Made by a program: the position numbers and the translations under genes. From a virus (lineage: Duplodnaviria; Caudoviricetes), in IMG/VR virus record IMGVR_UViG_3300030330_004789, positions 1-37,162 of that record: DNA of 37,162 nt; one strand, written 5' to 3'. Within the stretch, counting starts at the first letter, position 1. Every line of letters begins with the position of its first letter. Positions 9,822 through 19,114 of the stretch are shown here, in pieces. The notes beneath the pieces were generated by a model. That model saw only the letters and a list, made by a program, of their open reading frames with translations. It did no database searches and was not told where the DNA came from.

Positions 9822-10082
9822 ATGGAAAATGAAAAACACGAATGTTGTAACGAGTGTGGCGAAAATTGTGATTGTAAAGATTGTGATTGTTGCGATAAGC
9901 CCAAAGCAGGTGTTCTAGATCAAGTACAAGAGAAAGTTGTAAGTCGCAAGTTGTTGGTATTTATTGCTGCTACAAGTTTAATGATCTGGTCAACCCTAGA
10001 TCCAGATACATGGGCAATGATTGCAGCTATGTATATTGGTGGACAATCTGTGATCGATATAGCAAAAGTTTGGAAAGGATAG
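9822..10082 (+). CDS. Small membrane protein with Cys-rich N-terminus, holin-like
   Basis: CCNECGENCDCKDCDCC, then SRKLLVF followed by two hydrophobic helices; GAGGAG RBS. Confidence 0.5.
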   Translation: MENEKHECCNECGENCDCKDCDCCDKPKAGVLDQVQEKVVSRKLLVFIAATSLMIWSTLDPDTWAMIAAMYIGGQSVIDIAKVWKG

Positions 10083-10085
10083 ATC

Positions 10086-10457
10086 ATGTCTTGGTGGGAA
10101 AAGACTAAGTCTTGGTGTCTTGCTCATTGGAGATGGTTGGTGTTTTCATTAGCCTCTCTTTTTGCTCTTTTAATTGGCTATTCAAAATCTCGGGAATGGC
10201 AAATTAAAGCAACAGACGCTAAAAAAAATTTCGATAAAGAGAGAGAAATTATTGAGAACACAACAAAAGAACAACTTGAAGAGACGTTGGCCCATGTAGA
10301 GGCCCGTGATGAGGCCCATCAAAAAAATGTATATTCCTTCGAAAAGAAAATGCAACATCTTAAAAAAGTTAGAGCCAAAAGACTAAGAGAAGAAATACAA
10401 TCAAATCCCAATAGTATTGATGAGTTCTTAAAAGATAAGGGCATTGATAAAGAATGA
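10086..10457 (+). CDS. N-anchored membrane coiled-coil protein (i-spanin-like)
   Basis: One N-terminal hydrophobic helix, then a charged helical region; follows the holin-like gene. Confidence 0.45.
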   Translation: MSWWEKTKSWCLAHWRWLVFSLASLFALLIGYSKSREWQIKATDAKKNFDKEREIIENTTKEQLEETLAHVEARDEAHQKNVYSFEKKMQHLKKVRAKRLREEIQSNPNSIDEFLKDKGIDKE

Positions 10458-10846
10458 TTATAATTCTCTCTTCTCTATTATTAGCAGAACCAAAATTCAC
10501 AGAGCTTGAAGCTGGTGAGTGTGCTCCGTGGAAAGGTCGTCTCCTTAATGATGAAGCGCTTACAGAGCTAATTGTACAAGATCAGACAAATAAAATGTCT
10601 TGTGACTTTCGAGTTGAATTTGAAGTCAATAAAGTATTGATTGAAGAGAAATATAAATATAATCTTTTGGAAACGAAATACAAAGCAGAAACTACAAAAC
10701 TAAATGAGATATTAAAGATCAGAGATCAACAGATAGAAAAAATGAAACCTAGAGACAATTCACTATTTATTGCAGGTGGATTTATCCTAGGAGCAACAAC
10801 AGCCATAGCGATAATGTACGCAGTAAGACCGGGGATGACACAATGA
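10454..10846 (+). CDS. Exported coiled-coil protein with C-terminal membrane anchor (spanin-like?)
   Basis: Short signal MIIILSSLLLA|EP, coiled coil, C-terminal hydrophobic helix; ATGA overlaps at both ends. Confidence 0.4.
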   Translation: MIIILSSLLLAEPKFTELEAGECAPWKGRLLNDEALTELIVQDQTNKMSCDFRVEFEVNKVLIEEKYKYNLLETKYKAETTKLNEILKIRDQQIEKMKPRDNSLFIAGGFILGATTAIAIMYAVRPGMTQ

Positions 10847-12036
10847 ATTTATCAACAGAACAAATCAAACAAATAATTAAAGAAGAACTTGAATCAGTTT
10901 TAGATGAAAAGAGAAAGAAAAAAAAGAAAAAGAAAAAAAAGAAGAAGAAAAAGGACGCATGTTATCGAAAGGTAAAGAGGCGCTATAAAGTGTGGCCATC
11001 CGCCTATGCTTCTGGTGCCTTAGTTAAGTGTCGAAAGGTTGGAGCAAAAAACTGGGGTAACAAGTCAAAGAAAAACGAATCACTGAATGAATCAGAAGAT
11101 ACGTTTAAGCCTCATATGATGTATGATCCAAAGAGCGACAAATCCGAGATGACAAAAAAAATCGAGGATCACGAAAGATTAGCAAAGAAAGGATATACTC
11201 ATGTTGATCCTAAAGAATTACGAAAAATTCTTAAAGACGAAGGAGGAGCTTCGGGTATGGATCCGTTTTTAAAAGCAATTGGCAAAGAAATGGAAGAAGA
11301 AATTAAAAAAACTTTGGATGCTATGCCCGATGTCGGCAAACACAAAGATGAAGATTATATTTTAGATGATAATAAAGAGATCGATATTGTCAAAGAACGG
11401 AAAAAAAATTGCGGGTGCGGCCAAGACCCTTGTAAGACTTACGGAGTTCTGAAGGAAGAGGGCCTTAAAGCTTGGTTTGATGATGCTGATGGCGATGGAC
11501 AAAGTGGATGGGAGCAGATTGGTGGTAAGTACGACGGAAAGCCTTGTGCTAAGCAGCCCGGACAAAAAACAAAACCTAAATGTGCTTCCCCGGAAAAAGC
11601 AGCTTCAATGTCTAAAAAAGAGAGAGACAGTGCTGCTAGAAGAAAAAGAAAAAAAGATCCAAATCCTAATAGAAAAGGTAAGGCAAAAAACGTCAACACT
11701 GATCCAAAAAAAGAATCTTTAAATAGAATTATTGAAGAAGTTATCGAAGAAATGAACAACGAGCTAGCAGAAGCCGAACTACAGGAAAAGAAAAATTCTA
11801 AATGTACCAAGGTTACCAAGAAAGCTAGCTCAACAAGGAAAGGTAAAAAATGGATGAAATGTGTTAAAAGCGACAGCGGTGGATATAAAAGAATTCATTG
11901 GGGTCAAAAAGGCGTCCGCGTAACAGGAAAATCCGGTAACACTAAGAGAAAAAAATCTTTTAAGGCTCGTCATAATTGTAGCAAGGCCAAGGCAAATACA
12001 CCACAAGGTCAAGCATGTAAAGACTGGGCTGAATAG
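10843..12036 (+). CDS. Very basic multi-module protein, probable internal head polyprotein
   Basis: IKQIIKEE leader, 13-Lys run, several small Cys/Trp-containing basic modules separated by acidic linkers ending in (L/V)-x-E. Confidence 0.55.
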   Translation: MNLSTEQIKQIIKEELESVLDEKRKKKKKKKKKKKKKDACYRKVKRRYKVWPSAYASGALVKCRKVGAKNWGNKSKKNESLNESEDTFKPHMMYDPKSDKSEMTKKIEDHERLAKKGYTHVDPKELRKILKDEGGASGMDPFLKAIGKEMEEEIKKTLDAMPDVGKHKDEDYILDDNKEIDIVKERKKNCGCGQDPCKTYGVLKEEGLKAWFDDADGDGQSGWEQIGGKYDGKPCAKQPGQKTKPKCASPEKAASMSKKERDSAARRKRKKDPNPNRKGKAKNVNTDPKKESLNRIIEEVIEEMNNELAEAELQEKKNSKCTKVTKKASSTRKGKKWMKCVKSDSGGYKRIHWGQKGVRVTGKSGNTKRKKSFKARHNCSKAKANTPQGQACKDWAE

Positions 12037-12044
12037 GAGGAAAA

Positions 12045-12422
12045 ATGAAAAATAAAGATCCAAATTATGCAATAAAAGTTGAAAAAGCAATAGCAGAAAA
12101 ATATGGAGCAGAAACCGTACAACACCCTAAGAAAGAATGGGATGACGAGAAAGAAAAAAAATATCTTGAACAATTAAAAGAAATACATTTTCATGAAAGC
12201 AAAGAAGAAGATTATGACAAACAAGAAGTTGATGGAGTTTTTATCCCAAAGAAACTAATTACAAAGAGTTCCAATCGTTCTTGTCCTGTTTGCAAGACGT
12301 ATTCTTTTAAAACAATTGATGATGTATATATGGTAAAGTTTGATTGTTGTTTTAAGTGCTATATTCAATGGGTTGAACATAGAGAAGAACGATGGAACAA
12401 TGGATGGAGACCAAATAAATGA
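12045..12422 (+). CDS. Hypothetical protein with Zn-binding motif
   Basis: CPVC...CCFKC; AGGAGG RBS. Confidence 0.65.
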   Translation: MKNKDPNYAIKVEKAIAEKYGAETVQHPKKEWDDEKEKKYLEQLKEIHFHESKEEDYDKQEVDGVFIPKKLITKSSNRSCPVCKTYSFKTIDDVYMVKFDCCFKCYIQWVEHREERWNNGWRPNK

Positions 12423-12976
12423 GTTCAAATACTTTAGAAATTATTCAAGGATTAGCACAAGCAGCAGCAAACGCCTACGATGGGGCACACGATGAAAGAT
12501 TCTCTTTAGATGGTCAAATTCGCAAAGTTGGATTGAAAAGAGAAGAAGGTTGCCCAATAATGGATAGTCGTGTAAATGATGGCTTTTCTGTTAAATTCTA
12601 CGGCAACAAGATATGTATAAAATACCAATCAGATATTAGACTAAAAGAAGTTTATTCTGGTACTTTCGAAAGAGACATTGAGAAAATGCTAAATGAAATC
12701 AAAAAGTTTCTTCAAAAGGAATATAAATCTGTAACCGGAAAATCGATCTCAATGAATTCCGATGGTGAGGTTAAAATATTAGTACAATCTACTTCCAATG
12801 TTCGATCTTTTGTACAAGCATATCAGCACTACAAAATTTCAGGTTTAACAGAGGAGCCTCGTTTGGACCCAGCCATTGAAGATAATAGAAAAATTACAAG
12901 AAAATTTCTAGAACAATTTTCAAATAAAAAACCTAAAAACGTTTATATCAAAAAGAACGACAATAAAAAGAAATAA
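12419..12976 (+). CDS. Hypothetical protein upstream of terminase
   Basis: 185-aa ORF, GGAG RBS, ATGA overlap with upstream gene. Confidence 0.7.
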   Translation: MSSNTLEIIQGLAQAAANAYDGAHDERFSLDGQIRKVGLKREEGCPIMDSRVNDGFSVKFYGNKICIKYQSDIRLKEVYSGTFERDIEKMLNEIKKFLQKEYKSVTGKSISMNSDGEVKILVQSTSNVRSFVQAYQHYKISGLTEEPRLDPAIEDNRKITRKFLEQFSNKKPKNVYIKKNDNKKK

Positions 12977-12985
12977 TAAAATGAT

Positions 12986-14569
12986 ATGGGATTCAAATTA
13001 TCAAAAAAAGAGATCGTAAAAGAGATTGTCAAATCGGGCAAAGATCCTAAATATTTTATTAACAATTATTGTAGAATTTCGCATCCTCTCAAGGGCTTAA
13101 TACCTTTTCAGACTTATCCTTATCAAGATGATTTGATTAATGATTTTAATGATTTTCGATTTACAATAATTCTAAAAGCACGTCAGCTTGGGATTTCAAC
13201 AATTTCTGCTGCTTATTGTGTGTGGCTAATGCTATTTCATAGAGATAAGAATGTTCTTGTCATAGCAACAAAGTTTGCAACTGCTGCCAATCTTGTAAAG
13301 AAAGTCAAAAACATCATGAATTATCTACCAGAATGGATGAGGGTAGCAAAGATTAAAGTAGATAATAGAACATCATTTGAGTTGTCAAATGGATCGCAAA
13401 TTAAAGCTGCTTCCACTTCTGGAGATGCTGGTCGTTCTGAAGCTCTTTCTCTTCTTGTAATAGATGAGGCTGCTCATATTGATGGCCTCGGAGAATTGTG
13501 GACTGGTTTGTATCCTACACTATCGACTGGTGGGCGATGTATTGCTCTTTCGACACCAAATGGTGTTGGTAATTGGTTTCATAAAACTTACGTTGACGCT
13601 GATGATGGCACAAATGACTTTAAGCCAATAATGTTGCCATGGGATGTCCACCCAGAAAGAGACCGAGAGTGGTTCGCGAAAGAAACAAAGAATATGTCTC
13701 GAAGGCAAATTGCTCAAGAATTGGAATGTAATTTTAATACTTCTGGTGATACTGTGATACATGCTGATGATATTAGTTGGCTAAATGAACAGATAAAAGA
13801 ACCACAATATAGAACAGGATATGATAGAAATTTCTGGATTTGGGAGAAGTATCAAGAAGGCAATACGTATGTGCTAGTGGCTGATGTAGCTAGAGGTGAC
13901 GGAGCAGATAATTCAGTATTTCATGTTTTAAAATTGGAAACAATGGAGATCATAGCAGAATATCAAGGGAAACCAAATCTAGATATGTATTCGCAAATGC
14001 TATATTCAGCAGCTACAGAGTATGGAAATTGTTTATTGGTAGTCGAAAATAATGGTATAGGCATTTCAGTTCTAGAAAAACTAATTACTTTAGGTTATCA
14101 AAATATATACTTTTCAGTCAAAGGAACTCATGAATTTGTAAATCAAGTTCAAGGGGAACACATGAGTAATGCTGTACCCGGATTTACAACCTCTATTAAA
14201 ACCAGACCTCTTATTGTGGCTAAACTAGAAGAGTTCATAAGAAACAAAACTATTAAGATTTATTCTTCAAGATCCTTCAATGAATTCAGAACTTTCATAT
14301 GGAATAACGGCAAACCCCAAGCCATGAGATCTTATCATGATGACTTGATAATGTCTTTAGCAATTGTATGTTGGGTCAAGGATACAGCGCTAACAGTTTC
14401 ACAAAGAGATACACAATACAAAAAGGCCATGCTGGATGGTATGTTTTTAAAAAGTAATAAATTCAATACCACCATCAAGGGTCAAGAAGGTTATAAAGAC
14501 AATTTCGAAACTAAATATGAAGAAGAGCTTTCGAAAACAAAAAAATTTGCTTGGATATTCAAAGGATAA
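12986..14569 (+). CDS. terL: Terminase large subunit (T4 gp17-like)
   Basis: YPYQ motif, Walker A KARQLGIS, Walker B VIDEAA, STPNG, nuclease DVARGDG and HDDLIM. Confidence 0.95.
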   Translation: MGFKLSKKEIVKEIVKSGKDPKYFINNYCRISHPLKGLIPFQTYPYQDDLINDFNDFRFTIILKARQLGISTISAAYCVWLMLFHRDKNVLVIATKFATAANLVKKVKNIMNYLPEWMRVAKIKVDNRTSFELSNGSQIKAASTSGDAGRSEALSLLVIDEAAHIDGLGELWTGLYPTLSTGGRCIALSTPNGVGNWFHKTYVDADDGTNDFKPIMLPWDVHPERDREWFAKETKNMSRRQIAQELECNFNTSGDTVIHADDISWLNEQIKEPQYRTGYDRNFWIWEKYQEGNTYVLVADVARGDGADNSVFHVLKLETMEIIAEYQGKPNLDMYSQMLYSAATEYGNCLLVVENNGIGISVLEKLITLGYQNIYFSVKGTHEFVNQVQGEHMSNAVPGFTTSIKTRPLIVAKLEEFIRNKTIKIYSSRSFNEFRTFIWNNGKPQAMRSYHDDLIMSLAIVCWVKDTALTVSQRDTQYKKAMLDGMFLKSNKFNTTIKGQEGYKDNFETKYEEELSKTKKFAWIFKG

Positions 14570-14575
14570 AATTAA

Positions 14576-16504
14576 GTGGCTAAAAGAAGAAAAAATCTAG
14601 GGAAAAATCCCTATAATTCAGAAAATAGTTTGTTCAAATCATTGACCAGATTGTTCTCTGGTCCAATAACCCAGAGAAGAACTCAAACTGGTAGACAATT
14701 AAGACGAAGACATTTGGATATGTACGCTAGTCGCTTTACTTCTGCTTCTGGTAAGCAATTTAAAAAAGCAGAATATAACCCAATGAATGTATTGACCGCT
14801 AATATGATATCAAATAGAAATCGTAGCGAGAGATATGTTGATTTTGATCAAATGGAATACACACCAGAAATCGCATCTTCACTGGATATATATGCTGATG
14901 AGATGACAACGCATTCTTCCTTACAATCAATGCTTAAGATTGTTTGTCCCAATGAAGAAATAAAGTCAATCTTGGATAATTTATTTCATAATATTATGAA
15001 TATAGAACATAATCTTTTTGGCTGGTGCCGTACCATGTGTAAGTACGGAGATTTGTTTTTATATCTAGATATTGAAGAAAAATTTGGTGTAAAAGCGTGT
15101 ATAGGATTGCCACCCCAAGAAATTGAAAGATTAGAAGGAGAAGATGAGACTAATCCAAACTATGTCCAATACCAGTGGAATTCTGCTGGTATGACGCTGG
15201 AAAACTGGCAATTGGCTCATTTTAGAGTATTAGGAAACGATAAACATGCCCCCTATGGTACTTCTGTTTTAGAACCCGCTAGGAGAATTTGGAGGCAGCT
15301 TACTCTGTTAGAAGATGCTATGATGGCATATCGTATTGTTCGTTCCCCCGAAAGAAGAGTATTTAAGATAGACGTTGGGAACATTCCTCCACAAGATGTC
15401 GAGCAATACATGCAAAAAGTCATGACACAAATGAAGCGTCATCAAGTTGTAGACCCCAAAACAGGAAGGTTGGATTTGAGATATAACCCTCTATCGATTG
15501 AAGAGGATTACTATATTCCCATTAGAGGGACTTCAAATACCGATATTGTTAACCTTCAAGGGGGCCAATTTACTGGTACGGTTGATGATGTCAAGTATCT
15601 TAGGGATAAGCTGTTCTCCGCTCTTAAAATTCCCCAATCCTATTTAACTATGGGAGAAGGGGCAACAGAAGACAAAACAACGCTAGCGCAAAAAGATATT
15701 CGTTTTGCCAGAACAATCCAGAGGCTTCAGAGGGTAGTGATCGCAGAGCTTGAAAAAATAGGGATTATTCATCTTTTTACTTTAGGATTTAGAAGTGACG
15801 ATCTTTTATCTTTTAAACTTAAATTAAATAATCCCTCTAAAATAGCAGAACTACAAGAACTTGAACATTGGGATAAAAAATTCTCTGTCGCCGCTAATGC
15901 AACAGAGGGGTATTTTTCTAGAAGATGGGTAGCCGAGAATATGTTTGGACTCTCTGAAGAAGAGTTCTTGCGAATGCAGAGAGAAATGTTTTATGATAAA
16001 AAGTTCATGAACTCTCTAGAAGCAGTAGCTGAATCTGGTGAAGCCGGTGCGGGTGGACTTGGTGGACTTGGTGATCTAGGCGGCGAAGGTGATTTAGGTG
16101 ACCTAGGTGGGGACAAAGGTGGAGATCTAGGTGACTTAGGAGATCTAGGTGGGGACGAAGATAAAAAAGACGATGATGTTATTTTAGCAGAACCACCAGC
16201 CAAAAGAGATGATGAGCCGAAATACAAAAGAGGGCCCTATAAAAGCCACCAAGCATCTTATTCAAAAGGCGGCAGAAAAAAGAATATTAAAAATCAAGCA
16301 ACTGGTGAATATGGCAATACCTATAGATCCTCTTTCCCCGGGAAATCTGGGTTTGGTGGCCTTGATGGAATTGCCAGAGGAATAACAGAATCCAAAACCC
16401 AAAACGATATCGAAGAAGAAAAACTATTTAATACCAGCAAGCATGTTGACTTGCTTATAGAAAATTTATTAAAATCAAAGGTGACAGAAGATGAAGCACA
16501 ATAA
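14576..16504 (+). CDS. Portal protein (T4 gp20-like)
   Basis: LLEDAMMAYRIVRSPERRVFKIDVGN, EDYYIP.RG, DDVKYLRDKLFSALKIP; follows terminase; GTG start. Confidence 0.95.
   Translation: MAKRRKNLGKNPYNSENSLFKSLTRLFSGPITQRRTQTGRQLRRRHLDMYASRFTSASGKQFKKAEYNPMNVLTANMISNRNRSERYVDFDQMEYTPEIASSLDIYADEMTTHSSLQSMLKIVCPNEEIKSILDNLFHNIMNIEHNLFGWCRTMCKYGDLFLYLDIEEKFGVKACIGLPPQEIERLEGEDETNPNYVQYQWNSAGMTLENWQLAHFRVLGNDKHAPYGTSVLEPARRIWRQLTLLEDAMMAYRIVRSPERRVFKIDVGNIPPQDVEQYMQKVMTQMKRHQVVDPKTGRLDLRYNPLSIEEDYYIPIRGTSNTDIVNLQGGQFTGTVDDVKYLRDKLFSALKIPQSYLTMGEGATEDKTTLAQKDIRFARTIQRLQRVVIAELEKIGIIHLFTLGFRSDDLLSFKLKLNNPSKIAELQELEHWDKKFSVAANATEGYFSRRWVAENMFGLSEEEFLRMQREMFYDKKFMNSLEAVAESGEAGAGGLGGLGDLGGEGDLGDLGGDKGGDLGDLGDLGGDEDKKDDDVILAEPPAKRDDEPKYKRGPYKSHQASYSKGGRKKNIKNQATGEYGNTYRSSFPGKSGFGGLDGIARGITESKTQNDIEEEKLFNTSKHVDLLIENLLKSKVTEDEAQ
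16052..16156 (+). repeat. Imperfect 9-bp tandem repeat (GGNGAYYTA-like) encoding G-D/G-L triplets in the portal tail
   Basis: ggtggactt ggtggactt ggtgatcta ... ggtgattta ggtgaccta ... ggtgactta ggagatcta. Confidence 0.85.
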
Positions 16505-17303
16505 GAAAAGAAATACCGCTTTTCTTTATGAATCTTTAATTAAAGAATTGACGAAAGCAATTCTTAAGAAAGATCAAGATAAGAAAGATATTATTTTGAA
16601 AATACTTAAAGAAAGTTTTTCAAAAAAATCAACTTTAAGGAAGGATTTAGAGATCTATAATTCCATATTAAACAATGAACATAAAATGACAAGAGAATTC
16701 TCAAATCGTTTTATTCATGAAACTAAGAAAGATTACTTAGATTTAGATAGAAAAAAAGTTTTCAATCAACAAAGTAAATTGATTGAAAAAATTAATAAAA
16801 ACCTATCAAATTTGGTATTTCGTAATTTTATACCAAATTACAAAAATATTGCCACAGTTGGACAATGGTTAAATTCTGATGGTTTAGGGGCCAAATCAAG
16901 ACTCTTAATAGAAGCAAAAGTTATTGAAATTTTAACCCCCAAAGAGAAATTAGTGGAAAACATGCAACACATAGATTCTTTGACTTATCGAACCTTTATT
17001 AACAAATTTAATAAAACCTATGAAAAAACATTAAGAAAAGAGCAAAAATCTTTGTTAACAAATTACATTGTTTCATTTTCTGATAATGGTTTGGGACTCA
17101 AAACATTTATGAATGAAGAAATAGGGCGCCTAAAGAATGATTTAACGTTAATTATCGAAAACAATACAAACGTTAATATTGATAAAAGCAAGAATGTTTT
17201 GTCGAAGCTAGATAAATTTAAACAAAAGCCTATAGACGAATCCATGGTTCGAACTTTGTTTTATATTCAAGATTTGGTTGAGGTATTAAAAAATGACAGT
17301 TAA
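16491..17303 (+). CDS. Hypothetical head-cluster protein
   Basis: 270-aa helical ORF starting MKHNKKRNTAFLYE, overlapping the portal end. Confidence 0.7.
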   Translation: MKHNKKRNTAFLYESLIKELTKAILKKDQDKKDIILKILKESFSKKSTLRKDLEIYNSILNNEHKMTREFSNRFIHETKKDYLDLDRKKVFNQQSKLIEKINKNLSNLVFRNFIPNYKNIATVGQWLNSDGLGAKSRLLIEAKVIEILTPKEKLVENMQHIDSLTYRTFINKFNKTYEKTLRKEQKSLLTNYIVSFSDNGLGLKTFMNEEIGRLKNDLTLIIENNTNVNIDKSKNVLSKLDKFKQKPIDESMVRTLFYIQDLVEVLKNDS

Positions 17304-17874
17304 GGTTAAAATAAATGACAAGGTAGAGGTTGATATCAAGCCAACTGTCAAGGTTACTATTAAACCCTCTAACATGGTTGAATTACAAACTTCTTTGGTT
17401 CTTAGGGAAGCTATCAATGGTGATTACATGATATTTGGACATAGTGATATTGATATTATAATACTCAAAGAACAAAGTAAGATTGTTGCTTTTGCAAAAG
17501 ATCTAATGACAGAGAGTGTATATGGAGCAGAAACCAGAATGTTTAATTTTTTAAAAAAGAGAGGGGTGGTTGCCTATGATTCTATTCAAGGTGGAAACGT
17601 ATATGGATCTCTAGAAGGTAGATTACTTGATGGAACAAAAACAGAGAAGCATAATTTATTTGAAGCATTGAAAGCTTTAGGAGATTGGATGAAAGAAGAA
17701 GAACCCTATATTAAATCTACCGAAACATATGATGATATGATGGATGATCATCTATTGGATCCGAATGATGAAGAAACAACGGAACTCGGAGAAATTCCTC
17801 ACGAGGAGAGAAAAGGGTCTTTGATGCAAAGAAACTTGTTTGCTCCGTATTTGTACGGAAGATATACGTATTAG
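17293..17874 (+). CDS. Hypothetical protein
   Basis: GAGG RBS; 193 aa; alternating V/K N-terminus. Confidence 0.7.
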   Translation: MTVKVKINDKVEVDIKPTVKVTIKPSNMVELQTSLVLREAINGDYMIFGHSDIDIIILKEQSKIVAFAKDLMTESVYGAETRMFNFLKKRGVVAYDSIQGGNVYGSLEGRLLDGTKTEKHNLFEALKALGDWMKEEEPYIKSTETYDDMMDDHLLDPNDEETTELGEIPHEERKGSLMQRNLFAPYLYGRYTY

Positions 17875-17882
17875 AGGTTTAT

Positions 17883-18197
17883 GTGGATTTACTGTATTTT
17901 ATTTTTGCTGCCTATGGTATGACTTTTATTCTTGTACACGGGAAAATATTTGAAGATATAAGACCACAAAAGGATTATACAAAAAAATGGAATACGTTTT
18001 TTCATTGTCCTTTATGTATGGGTTTTTGGGTGGGGATATTCTTGTGGCTAATAAATGGTTTCACAGAACTATTTACATTTGAACATAATCTAGCTAATGC
18101 TTTTTTGTGTGGATGTATTTCTGCGGGAACTAGTTACTTGTTGTCAATGCTTGTCGATGATTATGGATTTAGAAATGGAGATAAAAATGATGACTAA
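17883..18197 (+). CDS. Membrane protein with CxxC-x-G-F-W motif (DUF1360-like)
   Basis: Three hydrophobic helices, HCPLCMGFWVG; GAGG RBS, GTG start. Confidence 0.65.
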   Translation: MDLLYFIFAAYGMTFILVHGKIFEDIRPQKDYTKKWNTFFHCPLCMGFWVGIFLWLINGFTELFTFEHNLANAFLCGCISAGTSYLLSMLVDDYGFRNGDKNDD

Positions 18198-18243
18198 AAA
18201 ATGGATGTTGCAACCTGTTCGTCGCTGTTGCTCGGGATCTTGA
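18187..18243 (+). CDS. Unannotated microprotein MMTKKWMLQPVRRCCSGS (18 aa)
   Basis: GGAG at 18177-18180, tandem ATGs at 18187 and 18190, overlaps the upstream stop, fills an otherwise empty gap. Confidence 0.5.
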   Translation: MMTKKWMLQPVRRCCSGS

Positions 18244-18284
18244 CGCAAGCGGAGAGAGACCGCATTATTTTGGAGAATTAAAAA

Positions 18285-18503
18285 ATGAATTTAAATTTAA
18301 AAACTTTGAAAAAACTAATCAAAGAGCAGATTAACAAACAAAAGCTTATAGAGATTGACTATGAAGACGAAATACCGGATGACTATGCCAATGAACAAAT
18401 ATACGTAGAGCTTGAAGGGGTGTTATCTTCTCTTAGAAATAGTGGAATTTCAGATGTTGATATTATCAAGTACGTTACAGATTATTTAAGCGTAGGATCA
18501 TAA
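18285..18503 (+). CDS. Small acidic protein with LKKLIKE leader (candidate internal head protein)
   Basis: MNLNLKTLKKLIKEQI resembles the leader of the gene at 10843; GGAG RBS. Confidence 0.6.
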   Translation: MNLNLKTLKKLIKEQINKQKLIEIDYEDEIPDDYANEQIYVELEGVLSSLRNSGISDVDIIKYVTDYLSVGS

Positions 18504-19114
18504 TGAAGAAAAAATTATTAACAGAATTTTATGAGCTTTGTAAGGATGGGGTGTGTCAAGATCTTTTAACCGAAAGAGAAAAAAGAGAGGTATCTAATGG
18601 CAGTGTATATTTGTCTGGTCGGCTTCAAGCTGCTGATATAAAAAATGGAAATGGAAGGCAATACCCCTATAAAGTATTAAAACGTGAAATGGACAACTAC
18701 AAAAAAGTAATTGAAGACAACAGGGCTCTTGGAGAGCTTGATCATCCGGATGATTCTGTTATAAACCTAAGAAATGTCTCGCATGTTGTTACAGATGTAT
18801 GGTGGGAAGGCAAAGATGTTATGGGTAAAATCAAAGTACTAAATACACCTTCTGGTAGAATTTTAAAAGATTTAATTAACTCTGGGATTAAACTGGGTAT
18901 CTCTTCTAGAGGATTAGGATCCGTAAGGGAAAGTCTAGGCAATACCGTGGTACAAGAAGATTTTGAATTAATTTGCTTTGATATAGTCTCTGAGCCATCG
19001 ACGCCAAATGCTTATATTTATCCAGACAAGAAGAAGGGTATGTATGAAAATAAAATCAACGAAGCAAAAAAGAACATTGTTGATGATTTATTTAAAAAGA
19101 TTTTGGAAGACTAA
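18503..19114 (+). CDS. Prohead maturation protease (T4 gp21-like)
   Basis: NGNGRQY, GELDHP, GISSRGLGS, FDIVSEPST motifs. Confidence 0.95.
   Translation: MKKKLLTEFYELCKDGVCQDLLTEREKREVSNGSVYLSGRLQAADIKNGNGRQYPYKVLKREMDNYKKVIEDNRALGELDHPDDSVINLRNVSHVVTDVWWEGKDVMGKIKVLNTPSGRILKDLINSGIKLGISSRGLGSVRESLGNTVVQEDFELICFDIVSEPSTPNAYIYPDKKKGMYENKINEAKKNIVDDLFKKILED

Noticed and set aside
12045-12976. Small terminase subunit call for either upstream gene
   Set aside because: Position fits, but no recognisable motif supports it.
16052-16156. Collagen triple helix in portal
   Set aside because: Short, interrupted, proline-free; better read as a disordered linker.
12986-16504. Introns or inteins in terminase or portal
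   Set aside because: Motif spacing is normal and no splicing or homing-endonuclease motifs were seen.
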